64,000 nucleotides of DNA from Anolis carolinensis (taxonomy: Eukaryota), in contig NC_085841.1 in assembly GCF_035594765.1 (NCBI RefSeq), forward strand, positions 179,537,574-179,601,573, written 5' to 3'. A program made the position numbers and the translations under genes. Numbering within the stretch: the first letter of the stretch is position 1; each line of letters opens with the position of its first letter. Positions 25,938 to 38,557 of this stretch are shown here, piece after piece. A model generated the notes under the pieces. The model was given only the letters and a program-made list of their open reading frames with translations, searched no databases and was not told the origin of the DNA.

Positions 25938-26204
25938 GTTTATTTATACCCTGCTTTTCTTCTCCACCAGGAGACTCAAAGCGGCATACATTAAAAGCAC
26001 TTCCATACATTTAAAATCTACAAATATACAAACATTAAAACAGAATTAAATATAACCGGTATTACAAGATTCAGTTAAAATCTATAAAAACATATTGAAA
26101 ACTAACATTAGACCTTTCTAACTGACATATGAATAGTGTCTTAACTTGCTGCCACTCTTAAGCTTTGGAGAATGGCTAGACATGGGCAGCTAGTTTTGGT
26201 TTGA

Positions 26205-26341
26205 GTAGTGGTTGTCAACCTTTGGTCATCCAAGTTTTTGGGACTTCAACACCAAGAATCCCCAGCCAGCATGGACAACTGTCAGGAATTCCTGGAGCTG
26301 AAGTCCAAAACACCTGGAGGACAAAAGGTTGGGAACCACTG
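26205..26341. mobile_element. ~135-bp hAT MITE (decayed)
   Basis: AGTGGTTGTCAACC..GGTTGGGAACCACTG. Confidence 0.7.
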
Positions 26342-26508
26342 GCTTAGAGGACTGTTATCACAGTCAGGTAAACCAGCTAGGGTCCACTGATTGAGAAGAA
26401 AGTCATCCAAGATGACATTTTGCCCTGGACATTGTTGAACCTTTCTCCAGTCCTAGCTGCATATTTATTTGGGAAAGCAACACTTTTGTTTTCATTTTCC
26501 TCTCTCAG

Positions 26509-26686
26509 GCTTAACGGTTTACTGGATCTCATTGTGTCTATGTGTGTCCTTATTGGCTACTCCATCACCACATCTAGCTTTGTGCTTTATGTGGTAAAGG
26601 AACACCAGAACAAGGCAAAACAGCTACAACATATCTCAGGCATGGGTGTGAAAACCTATTGGGTGACTAACTTCATTTATGACTTG
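26509..26686 (+). CDS. ABCA12: ABCA12 exon (TMD2)
   Basis: ctctcag|G..TTG|gtaagt; LNGLLDLIVSMCVLIGYSITTSSFVLYVVKEHQNKAKQLQHISGMGVKTYWVTNFIYDL; 178 nt. Confidence 0.95.
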
Positions 26687-28200
26687 GTAAGTGCTTTCTC
26701 TCTTAAAATTAATATAAGAACTTGTGTGATCAAGAACAGCTTTAAGATTGCTTCAGATGATGTGACATACAGTTTTGTCTTGAACTCATCTTAACGGTAA
26801 TTGCAATATAAATGTTGTGTAAGTGCATCAGATTTTAAATTAGAAGTATTTAATTAATACACAGGCACACACACCCCAAGACACATAGGCACTTCTTGTC
26901 GGTTTCTTTCCCCCCCTTTTGGATGTGCTATATGCATAAAGCTCAGCACATTTTAAAAAGATCACTGTGCTATTAAGGTCATGGCTTCAATTTATTTTTC
27001 ACTTGTAGGCAGAAAAATTGCCTTGAGGTTAAATTCCATTGTAGCAGAGGCAAAAAGGCAGGTCTAAAAGTCATTCTATGGTATATATTTTGTTAAAATC
27101 TCTGAGTAATGGCTACTCATGTAAAGGCTACTGCATGTGACCTTCCTTTTCTAACGCTGCCATAGAAAAGTCCTATACATATAAGGGAAAGTATCCATAC
27201 CACTGTAAAAAATTCTCAAAAATATTTGTATTTATTTACACTGATTTATACACTGATTTGCTCCCAGCAAGGATCGCTAAAACTAGGGATGAAAGACATA
27301 TTCAAAAATATATTTTAAATGGCTGGGAAAAAATAGCACAATCCTCAACTAATCAGGATTTTTGTTGTTGTTTGAGACTTATATTTCACAAAATGTGTGC
27401 ATGTTTTTAACATAAAACAGTAATTTTTTGCACAGGGGACAGCTTTTTATATACAGTATATAGAATTGCAGAGATATGGTTTCTGTGCAGAAAGGCTGGT
27501 TCCAGTACAGGATGCTATCACTGGTGACTCATTTTGCACAAAATTTGCATTTGGTTGATTTCCTGAAAAAGAAAAAAAAATCTGCATAAAACATAATGAA
27601 TTTATGCAGAAATATTATTTTCCATGCAGAAAAATAATGTTTTCCCCACATTAAATACCCCTTTCTGTGGAAAAAAACCAAATGTGATTTTTGTGCAAAA
27701 TAAGTTTGAAATTGCAAATATGCTGTGAACAGTACACTTTTAAAAGGCTTCCTCGAAGCAGTTTCTGAAATTACTCATTACTTCCTTCAAGAAGGAAATT
27801 AGTGAAAAATTCACTCCATAGAGTAGCTTACAAAAACTAAAGCAAAGTCCAGCTAAAATCTTATTTTACAGAAGTTAAAAGAGAAAATAATCCTATTAAA
27901 ACCTGCACAGCTTAAACAATCTAAACATGTTTGGAAGGCAAAAACACAATACAATATTTTCAGTTATAACCATGTTGAGGGAAGAATTAATTTCAGTCTG
28001 AGGGCACATCTATACTGATCATTTAATAAAGCTTGAAAGCAGCTTGAGAATGTGGTAGGTATATACTGGGCACCACAAACGTATGCTGTAGTGCGCTTTA
28101 AATTGAGATAAGTGAAGTCAGAGAATATTCCAAAATAGAGTCGTTAATGCACATCAGTATGTTGTTGTAGTGTAAACCACATTGCATGGTGAAAGCAGTA

Positions 28201-28387
28201 GGAGCTGTGGTGGCAAAATGGGTTAAACCCTTGTGCTAGCTGAACTGCTGGCCTGAAAGTTGGCGGTTGAATCTGCAAGATTGGGTGAACTCCTGTCTGT
28301 CAGCTCTAGCTTGTAGGGACATGAGAGAAGCCTCCCAGCAGAATGGTAACATATCCAGGCATCCCCTGGGCAACATCTCTGTAGATG
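28201..28387 (+). mobile_element. Sauria SINE 5' portion (decayed)
   Basis: GGTGGC..TGGGTTAAACCCTTGTGC..GGGACATGAGAGAAGCCTCCCA..CATCCCCTGGGCAAC matches the recalled Sauria SINE consensus. Confidence 0.75.
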
Positions 28388-29573
28388 CAAATCTGAAACA
28401 TGCATGCAAAGTGAATGATCAAGCAACAATCCTGTTGGGGCAGTCCTTTAGGGAATTGGGAATTAGGGAATTGGCTGCCTGAACTACTGCTTGGGGTAGA
28501 GATAGAATGTGTTTTTATGAAAGTTTAACAGGGCCTTCATGTAATCTATAGCCTCATTTTATCCTCCAGCCCTTTACATTATGAAATCACTCTGTGTTGC
28601 TCTCTCATGCACGTTATTACAAGCCATGTCCAATTGGCCATCACACCTCCATTTCTCAACCAACTAACCAACCACACAGAAGTGGTTAGGCCTGAAGGGC
28701 TGACCAGACCCACTCTTCTGGCTCCACTCTCATTATAACTGGCATGCTTCTTTTCATGCATTAGGTGCTTGCTGTGAAATGGTGTATTTATAAATCATCC
28801 ACTTGAAAGCATCCTGATGATCTAACTGAAATCAATATGCAGCAGACTGAAACTAATGCAGCAGTATGCTGCAACTTGATACTTTCTCATTGAATCCCTG
28901 CTGACAAGCAATCCTTGTTCCTAACTAAGAGAAAAGACGGGAGTGTCTTGGGGCTACTCCTCATTAGAAACTGGGGTGGTTTTAAGTCATTTCTCTTTAC
29001 CCTACAAGGAAGAGAAGTCATAAGTACACAAATTAAAATATCCATTGAGGAAATTTGCATACCAAGATACATCTTTTTACAAAGAGACCAAGAAAAATGC
29101 TATAACATTGTTCCTCTTCCAGGAAAACATAGACAACAAGCCTGTTAAACATTTCCACTTGGGATATCTTTTGGCCTGAGAAATTTTTACATGATGCTGG
29201 GTATATAGCTATCTAAAATAGATACAAAGATCAAACACTTACTTATAAGAAATCAACATTTTCAAGGCTAAACAGGCTGATTTTCCTTTTATGAGTTCAC
29301 TGAAAACACTGCAACACAGTTTACTAGGTAATGTTCAAAAAACCTTTACTGTTATTGATTTATTTGGGAACTGAACATTAAGCTAAGAGGATCCCACTTG
29401 GAGTTGGGATTCATAGTTTAGAAAGCAGTGATGTAAACTACATGAAGATGGTAGGTAATTCCCCCCATCCCTTGCCAAACTGACAGCGTGAGGACTGAGG
29501 TCAGCAAGAAGTTAAACCTGTGGAGTTTCTACTCTTTTGCCTTATGTCTTTTGTTTAGTTATTTCAGCCTTTA

Positions 29574-29652
29574 TCAGTATGGATATGAGCATTCACCCAT
29601 TGTTTACAAAAACCTTTTGCAAACAATGGGTGAATGCTCATATCCATTCTGA
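29574..29652. repeat. Near-perfect inverted repeat, 38-bp arms, 3-nt loop
   Basis: TCAGTATGGATATGAGCATTCACCCATTGTTTACAAAA-acc-TTTTGCAAACAATGGGTGAATGCTCATATCCATTCTGA (2 mismatches). Confidence 0.93.
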
Positions 29653-30729
29653 GTTCAGCTCATCTTGCTTTTGGCTAACATATTTTGCTGGGTTTATCTT
29701 ATTTAAAAATCTGTTTCAATTAGCCCCTGGTGGCCAAAGTATTACCCTGAGGCAGCATGTGCCCCCCCCCCCCGAGCTGTTTTTGTGGTCTTCAACCTCT
29801 CCAGATACTTTGAGCTGGTTCTTTTCTGGCCCAAAGAGATAGTTGAGCAGCAAGCTTGTGAAAAGGTTGTAGAGAACATTGCACTTTTAAACATGAAGAA
29901 CAAAACCACACACCACATTTCAAAATCCTAAAATCTTGGCTTTGTTGGTGTTTTGTCATTTGGGGCACTACCCAGAAGATCCCAGGAGCAGAAAAATAGC
30001 CCCTGGGCATATGGCTATTGTCCACTTAAGACAAAATAAATGGTAAAAATTCTGCTTCATTGATAGCAGCAAAAAAATTCCACATATGAAACTGTGAAGG
30101 TGGATGGTTCTAGGGACGTAATCTGATGCTTCTCCAATGCCTTCTGCTCAGTCCTTTGGTGTACATGATGTGTGGGAGTGGATGAGCACAAGAGACTGTA
30201 GAAGGGAAAGGGTGGTTTGTGAGAGTCTGGTCATTTTGTAAGAAAATTAGTAGAGAATCCAACTGTTGCCCCTTGCAATGGTGTCATCAAAAATTGCTAA
30301 GTATCATTGATAGAAATGCTGTTTAAAGTTATTTGCATTTTTAAAAAATACTATTATCTTTCTGCAGAACAATGTTATTCTTACCACTTTGCTTTCTTAG
30401 AAATAAGATTTTTCCTTTAACAAAACTCCTTTGATATCAAAATGTGTATTGCTTAAAGTGCTAAGAAGGATGTCTAATGGTTTTTAATCATCTAGATAAT
30501 GTTATATGGAATAGTGACACAAATCCATGTCAGTGCCTAGGAACAAGAACAGAGCGTGGAAATTATACTAATGTAAAAAGATGTGGTTCTACATATACCA
30601 TAAGGAAGCACAGCATTTTTCATATAATGAAGACCCCTTTTTTCCAAGTGTAACATGCATGTGTTGTTATAATAACTGGGCTTAGCATTATGATTATGAT
30701 AATCACTTCTAATTATTATCCTCCCACAG

Positions 30730-30845
30730 GTTTACTTTCTGGTACCTGTTACACTCTCAGTAGGCATAATTTCAGTTTTTCAGATACCAGCTTTCTTCAA
30801 TGACAGTAACCTGTTGGCTGTAACCCTACTTCTCATCTTGTTTGG
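30730..30845 (+). CDS. ABCA12: ABCA12 exon (TMD2)
   Basis: ccacag|GTT..TTTGG|gtaagg; VYFLVPVTLSVGIISVFQIPAFFNDSNLLAVTLLLILF; 116 nt. Confidence 0.94.
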
Positions 30846-31156
30846 GTAAGGATTTTGTTTAATTTAACTCAAGTTCAACTTAATGCTCTGCTTTACCACC
30901 CCCATTAAGTACTAGGACACTGGGTGTCTAAACTATGAGTGTCCCAGCCCTCGGAATGATAGTATTTTTGGTTTCCAGAAAAGAGTTTAAGGGTCTTTAT
31001 ACACTCCAGAATAACAGCATTATGGTTCCACTATAACTGCCATAGCAATGATCTGTGGAATCTTGGGATTTTCAGTTTGGAGAGAAGGATCTGTAGAATT
31101 CTCATCCAGAAAGCTCTAAGTTCTCATGAAATTCCAAATCCCAGGATTCCATAGTG

Positions 31157-31291
31157 CAGTGGTTCTCAATCTGTGGGTCTCCAGATGTTTTGGCCTGCAA
31201 CACCCAGAAATTCTAACAGCTGGTAAACTGGTTGAGATTTTTGGGAGTTGTAGGCCAAACCACCGGGAAACCCACAAGTTGAGAACCACTG
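31157..31291. mobile_element. ~135-bp hAT MITE nested in a Harbinger-type MITE (~30990-31352)
   Basis: TIR CAGTGGTTCTCAA; perfect TSD CCATAGTG. Confidence 0.88.
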
Positions 31292-31658
31292 CCATAGTGG
31301 AATCCATTAAAGTTGAATCATAGTGTTATAATTATGTAGTGTGAAAGAGTCCTGAGAACAATTTTGGGGATCTGACAAGGATCTACAGATTATTTTGTTG
31401 GCTTCTAAGAGAGCGTGTAATAACTTGTTCCACATTCTTAAATTACGCTCCCTCCTTGTGACCTCTGTGATTCGGTATGAAAACAATTGTTATGAATATA
31501 AGTACTACATTCAGATCATAACTACAGTCATCAGCATCAACTCAGTTGATTTTCTTAGACCTAATTTTATTGTTTAATCCCAACTAGAATAGACTATTGA
31601 ATCAATTTTGAATAGTGAGTCATTGCCTAGTTAATCCCATTGATTCTATTGTTTAATC

Positions 31659-31932
31659 CAGGGGTCTTCAAACTTTTTAAGCTGAGGGCCGGTCCACAAT
31701 CCTTCAGACTGTTGAGGGGCCGGATTATCATTTGAAAAAAAATACAAGCAAATTCCGATGCACACTGCATATGTCTTATTTGTAGTGCAAAAACAACAAC
31801 AACAACAAGAACAATGAAAGAACAATATCATATTTAAAAATAAAAACAATTTTAACCAACATACATTTATCAGGATTTCAATTGGAAGTGTGGTCCCGCT
31901 TCTGGCCAATGAGATAATCAAGTTAATTAGGG

Positions 31933-31963
<31 letters not shown>

Positions 31964-32387
31964 GTGCCTTCAAGTCATTTCAGACTTTGGGTGAGCCTAA
32001 GTCTAAAATTTATTTATTATTTATTTACTTCATTTATTTACTACATTTGTATCACACCCTTCTCACCCCAAAGGGGACTCAGAGTGGCTTACAAATTATA
32101 TGTACATACAATATATTATATTATTAGCATAGCACAATATTAGCATTATATATTACTTTATTGAACTATACCACTATACTGTAATATTATTAGTAATATT
32201 ATATGTAATATAGAATATATAATTAATATTATTATATGGTATTATTATTAGTGTTATATTGTATTGCATTATAATATTATTATCAATGTATATACAATAT
32301 ATTATATTATAAAACTGAGGGCGGGGGCCAGGTAAATGACCTCGGAGGGCCGCATCCGGCCCCCGGGCCTTAGTTTGGGGACCCCTG
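31659..32387 (+). mobile_element. Non-autonomous hAT (OposCharlie1/OC1-like)
   Basis: TIRs CAGGGGTCTTCAAACT / AGTTTGGGGACCCCTG; perfect 8-bp TSD GTTTAATC. Confidence 0.88.
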
Positions 32388-33064
32388 GTTTAATCCATGT
32401 GAAATTTACAATAGGATTCACATTCTGTCCTATAGAGCTCCTGATGGGGGAGAGAGATTTTTAACCTCATTCCTCTCTTCATCTTTGTCTTTTATTTTCT
32501 ATGCAAAACAATTAAAGCACTGTAATATTATATTGTTTTCACAATAAAATCAGTTCATCTTTCTCTATATCAGTAGAACTTCATTTCTTCTTTTTTAAAA
32601 AAAAACAAAACAACAACAACAACAACATTCTTTTGTATTTTGGATATGCTATTTTGCAGCATTTCAGTAGGAAGGTAGAACTGAAAAAATAAATAAAATA
32701 GTGAATTGTGTCAGCATGAACTCTCACTTAACTTTTTGTTAATTAAAATGTCTATAGTGATCGCTCCAACCCAGGTCACCTCAGAAACCACAGCATCCCT
32801 TCTTCCCCTTCATTCTTCCTTTTATCATGTATTTTTAGAAAATCTTGATCAACTTCAGGCAGTTTTATTGTTTGTTTTTTTTTGTCCTTGGAACAATGAA
32901 AAGAAACATTATTTTCTTCTAGTCCAAAAGAAAAAAAATCACCAGGAAGTGTCAATCAGAAAACGAAACACCTTTTTATAGCTCTATTTTGATGATCTTT
33001 TGTGTAGATCGTACTTTCTGTTGTTGTTGTTGTTGTTGTTGTGGTTACGATGAATGTTTTACAG

Positions 33065-33221
33065 ATACTCAACATTTTCATGGATGTATTTGTTGGCTGG
33101 CATATTCAAGGAAACCGGGATGGCCTTCATAGTTTATGTCTGCATCAACTTGTTCTTTGGCATCAACACAATAAACACGCATTCAACTGTGTTAGAACTT
33201 GCCCATGAAAAGCAAGAGCAG
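33065..33221 (+). CDS. ABCA12: ABCA12 exon (TMD2)
   Basis: ttacag|A..CAG|gtaaaa; YSTFSWMYLLAGIFKETGMAFIVYVCINLFFGINTINTHSTVLELAHEKQEQ; 157 nt. Confidence 0.95.
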
Positions 33222-33614
33222 GTAAAACTCCTGACAACATGTCATTTGTATTCATGTATAACAAGTGTGTGAAATGCATTCCTCTTCAGGGAACAGACCA
33301 CTATTTCATTTCAGAGGAATTGGGACTGAGTATTCTTAATTTTTTAATCAGGTAGGAAAGTGGACAATATCATTGCATATATTAAATGACAGTCTACACA
33401 TGGAAGGCTTTGCATACAGCTAGTTAAACTTTTGGGAGTACCTTCAGTCTATATAAAGACAAATGGCTGGAGAAAACAGATAGTTCTCTATGGCTACCAG
33501 TGAGATTGATGGTTGCCATGTGAATGGAATGATGAATCCACTCCAGGTTTTGAACAGAGCTATAAAAATGCTAAATATAGATGGGGATTCAGATCAGTTC
33601 AAAGCTGGAGGCAA

Positions 33615-34150
33615 TTACTCATGGCTGGATATGATTGTCTTCCAGGGGTAGAGTCTTGGTGGTGGATCTGTAAGTCACTGTAGAGATATTCTGGATCTGC
33701 ATGGTCTTTCACATTGAAGAGATAGATTTCTATATGGAAGGTGGTCCTGACAAGGGTTTGCTTGACATGCCTCCCTCTTGACACATTTCTCCCTTTTCAC
33801 CCTCTGTTGGTGCCTCCTCAAAATCCATAGCACTGTTGGTAACAGATGACCTCCAGTTGGTAACAGATGACCTCAAGGAGCAGGGCTTCCCACTTCTTGA
33901 TATTTATATCACTTTTTAAAGGTTAGCTTTAAACCCATCTTTAAACCCATGATGTCTACCAACATTCCATTTTCCATTCTTAAGTTGAGAGTAAAGTAGC
34001 TGCTTTGGGAGACAGTGATTGGGTATTTGGACAACTTGGCCAGTCCGGTGAAGTTGGTGGTGGAGAGACAGAACTTCATTACTGATGGTCTTTGCTTCTT
34101 CCAGAATGCTGATGTTTGTCCACCTGTCTTCTTCCCAAGAGATTTGTAGG
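33615..34150 (-). mobile_element. RTE LINE 3' fragment (decayed)
   Basis: Minus-strand LQISWEEDRWTNISILEEAK..LPKQLLYSQLKNGK..FKDGFKANL; a related 3' end lies at ~4392-4525. Confidence 0.8.
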
Positions 34151-34439
34151 AGTGGATTCATCACCCCAGCTCTGAGCTCCCTTCTGATAACCAGTGCCCA
34201 TCCTCTTAGGTATAGTCAGTATTGGGTTAAGGCAGTGGGCAAAAGCAGTGATATTCTACTGCTAAAGATATAGATATAAAATTCATCTCTCAATGTGCAT
34301 CCGGTTAACTGTTAACAGAAAATGAAGAGATGACGTTAGGATGAAGATGTGCATTATAGAGTTAATTTCAGCTTTCCTTCCCTGTATGCCACTGTTGGTA
34401 TGGATAACACATTGCCTTTTGTAGAGAGCTACTTTAAAG

Positions 34440-34790
34440 GAAGACTCAGTACAAAATAATGTATAGATGTATTTGACCCCTCAAAGGTTAAATAAGATTT
34501 ATCATGCTAATACATTTAGGTGTTGGAAGTACAATGCTCAACAAGCAGATTTGTATTCTGTCTCACGGTTACAGCCTAAAGTTCAAATAGATTGGCATCA
34601 AATGCCACATATTATCCAGTGTATAGAAGAGATAAGATTGAACTTTGGCTCTCTAACTATTCTTCTAAACCATTTGAAAGATGGAACTAAAAGGACTGTT
34701 CAGCTTTTGCATATGAATTTTTTGGCAGCTGAAAAAAAATCTATTCTGGCTTGTAGTTAGAAATTGCTAGCATTACCACCAAACTCAAGC
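34440..34790 (+). mobile_element. Old L1 ORF2 C-terminal fragment
   Basis: YLTPQRLNKIY..RCWK..LAAEKKSILACS resembles the L1 Cys-rich tail. Confidence 0.6.
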
Positions 34791-34889
34791 TGAAGTTTAC
34801 AAATTATGTACATGAATGCATGGAACCCCTGTATGATGCAAATGTTAATTTATCCATGTGTATTATTTGAAACCCTTTAGTACAAAAAT

Positions 34890-35522
34890 TGCAGTTGAAC
34901 ATTAAGAAAGCAAAAAACAGATTATTTACATAACTTTAAGGTCGATGACGAAGACATCAAAAGAGTCAAAAGATTTTCTATATCTTGGTTCAGTTATGAA
35001 TCAAAATGGAAGTCAAAAGAAAACTAGGATTTTGGAGGGCAGTTATGAAATAACTGGATTGTTGCTGAAGTGTAAATCATTGAATACTTGGGTTAGGATT
35101 ATCCATGTCATAATATTTCAGATTTCTACATAGGGTTGTAAAACTTGGAGAATGTTGAAGACTGAAAGGATGAGAAGCAAGTCATTTAAAGTATTCTGCT
35201 GGAGGAGTATTCCACAGCTACTGTGGACTGTCAAAAGGATAAATAAATGGATCCTAGAGCAAGCCAAATCTGAAGATATCAAAATGACTGAACTGAGGCT
35301 ATGCTGTTTAGCTATATCATGCAATGACATGACTCATTAGAAAATACACGAATGCCTGATAAGGTAGAAGGGAGTCAGAAAAAAAGGAAAACTGTATGAC
35401 AGGTAGATAAACTAAATCAAAGAACACCCAAGTCCTGAGTTTGCAGAACATGGCAGAGTGTCTTGAACATGCCTTGCTTAATAGGGTCGCCATTAATCCA
35501 AGCTAACCTGGCAGAAGTTAAC
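34890..35522 (+). mobile_element. RTE-BovB-like 3' fragment (decayed)
   Basis: KDFLYLGS, FKVFCWRSIPQLLWTVKRINKWILEQ..; ends with GGGTCGCCAT. Confidence 0.7.
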
Positions 35523-38288
35523 ACATTGGGGAGGGCAGTCTGTTCTTGTACTGAAATGGCAGCCTCTCCATGCCAGTTGGCAATACATTGATATTTAAAG
35601 ATTGTTTCCTAATGAGCATACTATTTAGCTCTACTTAAAAGTGGAACCGTATTGCAAAAACCAATTTGAAAACTAATTTCTGAGTATCTAAAATGCAAAG
35701 AGAGTATTCTCATCATTGTAAAAGTCTTAACAATAGAGGTGTGTAGCTATGGGGTGGCAAAATCGAGTCATTGCCCCCAATGAGAATTCTGCCCTTAATG
35801 AATCTTTCCTTCCATCCCTAGTTTCTAGCATTGAAGAAAATGAGAAAATTGTTCACCCTTACAACTCTTGTGTTTGCATCCTTTTGATGACTTTGCCTGC
35901 CACTTTTCTTTGGATGGCTACCTCTTTTCCTAATTGCTTAAGATACTTTTCTATGTGGAATGATGGGGAATGTATGGAAATGTCATGGAGGGGGAGAAAT
36001 CTTATTGAAGGGGAAATCCTTATTTTTCTTCCTGTAGCTACACCCTTGCAAAGGTACTAAGTGCAAAAACACTAGCTGTCTCTTCTGAAAGACAACTGTT
36101 GTTTTTAAAACAGAATTTCTTGTCATCTTTCATTGAAGATCTACTTCTTTCTTGACTACACACTCAGGCAATTTTTGTAAAGGCATTTAAATAGCAAGAA
36201 AACACAAACAAAAGAGGAAGATTTTTACAAAACTGCTGTAGCCCAGAAACAGGCAGGGTGTGTTGACTGACATTGATGTGTCCTTTGCAGGTGTTTGGCT
36301 CTGTCTTCCCATGATAATTTATTGTGTATCTGACATGGCCAATACTCAAATGTCAGCTGCATTTCTCATGCTTCATGACAAGAAGAATAGGTGTTATCCA
36401 CAAAGGCCAACTTTTTACTGCATGTCAAGTGTTATTTTCACAGATAGCTTTCTTTTAACTACTGTCTGGAGTTTATGGCAGGCTACTTTTCTCATCTGCT
36501 AGCTAACTCCATGAAGACCATTTTAATATGAACAAGTATTGAAGATGGCTGGGAATCAGACTACATACAGAATATAGGAAAGCCATTTGGAATTGTGGAA
36601 ACACTTCCAATGTGCTGAATGGGCTGTGTAATTTGATCAGATCTCAACCATTTATTCCAAATTAACTTGATCAGATCTCAACCATTTAAGTCATTTCCAG
36701 TTTATGGCAACCCTAAGGAAGTTTATTGTCAAGATTAGTTCAGAGGGGGTCTTGCAAAATAAATAGTTTAATACAGTTCATCCCTATGAGGGAGTAATCC
36801 CTGTGGAATTCCATGCAAGTTACTTTTGAGTAAACATGCTTAGGGTTGTATTCTAGAAATTATAATGAGTTTTGCAGATGACAAGCTTTGGCTCTAGAGA
36901 TATGGGCAAACTTACTCCCCAAAGAGAATGGGACATCCCATTACATATACAATTGACAACCATATATAAGCCTAGTGTCTAAGAAACCATCTAGGCCAGG
37001 GGCAGGAAACTGTACTGGGGTCTCCAGTAGATTTTGGAAGGCAACTTTCCCCTATCATAACATATTTCTGCCCCCCCCCCCACTACTCTCCAGGGGGCAT
37101 GCAAACATTTTTGACACATTTTGACCTCCTGTTTTAGGTCACTTTGTGATCATTTCCTCTTGAACTTAAAATAGTATAGAGGAAAGAAAACAAATGGTGA
37201 AATTTCTTCCTAGAGGGAATTTTGGGGCAAAATATTCCTGGGAGAGCCCTGGAGCCACATTTTTTCTCATACTTACCTAAACTGTACTTCCCCAACTTAG
37301 CCCCCATCTGCTCTGATCATTCAATGCAATTTGAAACTAGGCTCGAAATGGGGCAGCTGGATAGCAAACCTCTACCTAAGCACATGAAAGAAAGACCTTA
37401 ATGTGTATAAGTGCTATTGTGGTTTGAGTCATCCAGGGCTCAAACTGGTTCCAGGAATTCATCTGCATAGTGAAACCATTTTCTTCAAACTGGTTTGAAA
37501 CTGCATAAAATGCTCAGCGTGGTGGGAAAGTTTTTCAGAGACATCTGGAGATGTCCAGGTTGGAGAAGGCTGAAACAGAAAGATGACCAGCAGGAATGGC
37601 ACCTTAGACCATTATTGTTTTATTGTTCTGCATTTACCATTTCATCTCATAAGCAGCCCTGTATTCCCATCTCTTGCCTTTTCCAATCCCTAAGGAAATT
37701 AAGTTGCTAGCACAGAATGATAACATAATCAAGAATAGAACGACAAATAGAGACTATCTGATACACTCCCATTTTTTGTCTGTCTCTAAACAACTTTCAG
37801 ATTTCTCAACAGAGCAGCCTATGTGGTGTGATAAATAACCAGAAACTTTCCCAACTCTGATGGCTTCCAGAGATTTAACAGTGTTACTTGAGGAGGTTGG
37901 GAAAGCACAAGATGATGGGAAGCATGTTCAGATAAAGGCAAATAGGTGCCTTTTTAAAAGCAGGAAACAGATTAAGTCCCTTTAGGTTTGCATCTATTTG
38001 ATACATCAATGTGGCACTCGTGTATTTTTTCATTTATAAAGTGCATCATTGTGGTCATCATCTAGGTTTCTCATTCTGATTGTGTGATGCTGGTTGGTTG
38101 GACTACCATAGAGAAGGTTGAGGTGCCACAATATGTCTCTGTGTAACACACTTCTTTACACACCATAGATCTTCTCCCTCAATGGGCAATTTGCTGTAAA
38201 AATTATGGCCATGTAGAATTCAATCCATTAGGTTACATTTTTAAAATGCATAATGCTACACATTATAACAATTCTTTGTTTCTTTCAG

Positions 38289-38557
38289 GGCTTGCTTGAC
38301 CTCGCTGAAACTCTGAGGCATGTTTTTCTGATCTTCCCACAATTCTGCTTTGGATATGGTTTGATCGAACTGTCATACCATGAAGCTTTGATGGGCTTCT
38401 TGAAAGCATATGGAGTGGTCTGCCCTGACAGAACATTTGATTTGGACAGGATAAGTTCCAAACTTCTTGGGATGTTCATCCAGGGGACAATATTCTTTTC
38501 AATCCGTCTCTTGATTGATGATGGGACAATTCATAAAGTTTGGCATAAGATCTTAGA
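38289..38557 (+). CDS. ABCA12: ABCA12 exon (end of TMD2)
   Basis: tttcag|GGC..TTAGA|gtaagt; GLLDLAETLRHVFLIFPQFCFGYGLIELS..FIQGTIFFSIRLLI..; 269 nt. Confidence 0.95.

Noticed and set aside
14922-26049. Poly-N/I/Y/S/T ORFs
   Set aside because: Translations of (TAA)n and (CTA)n microsatellites.
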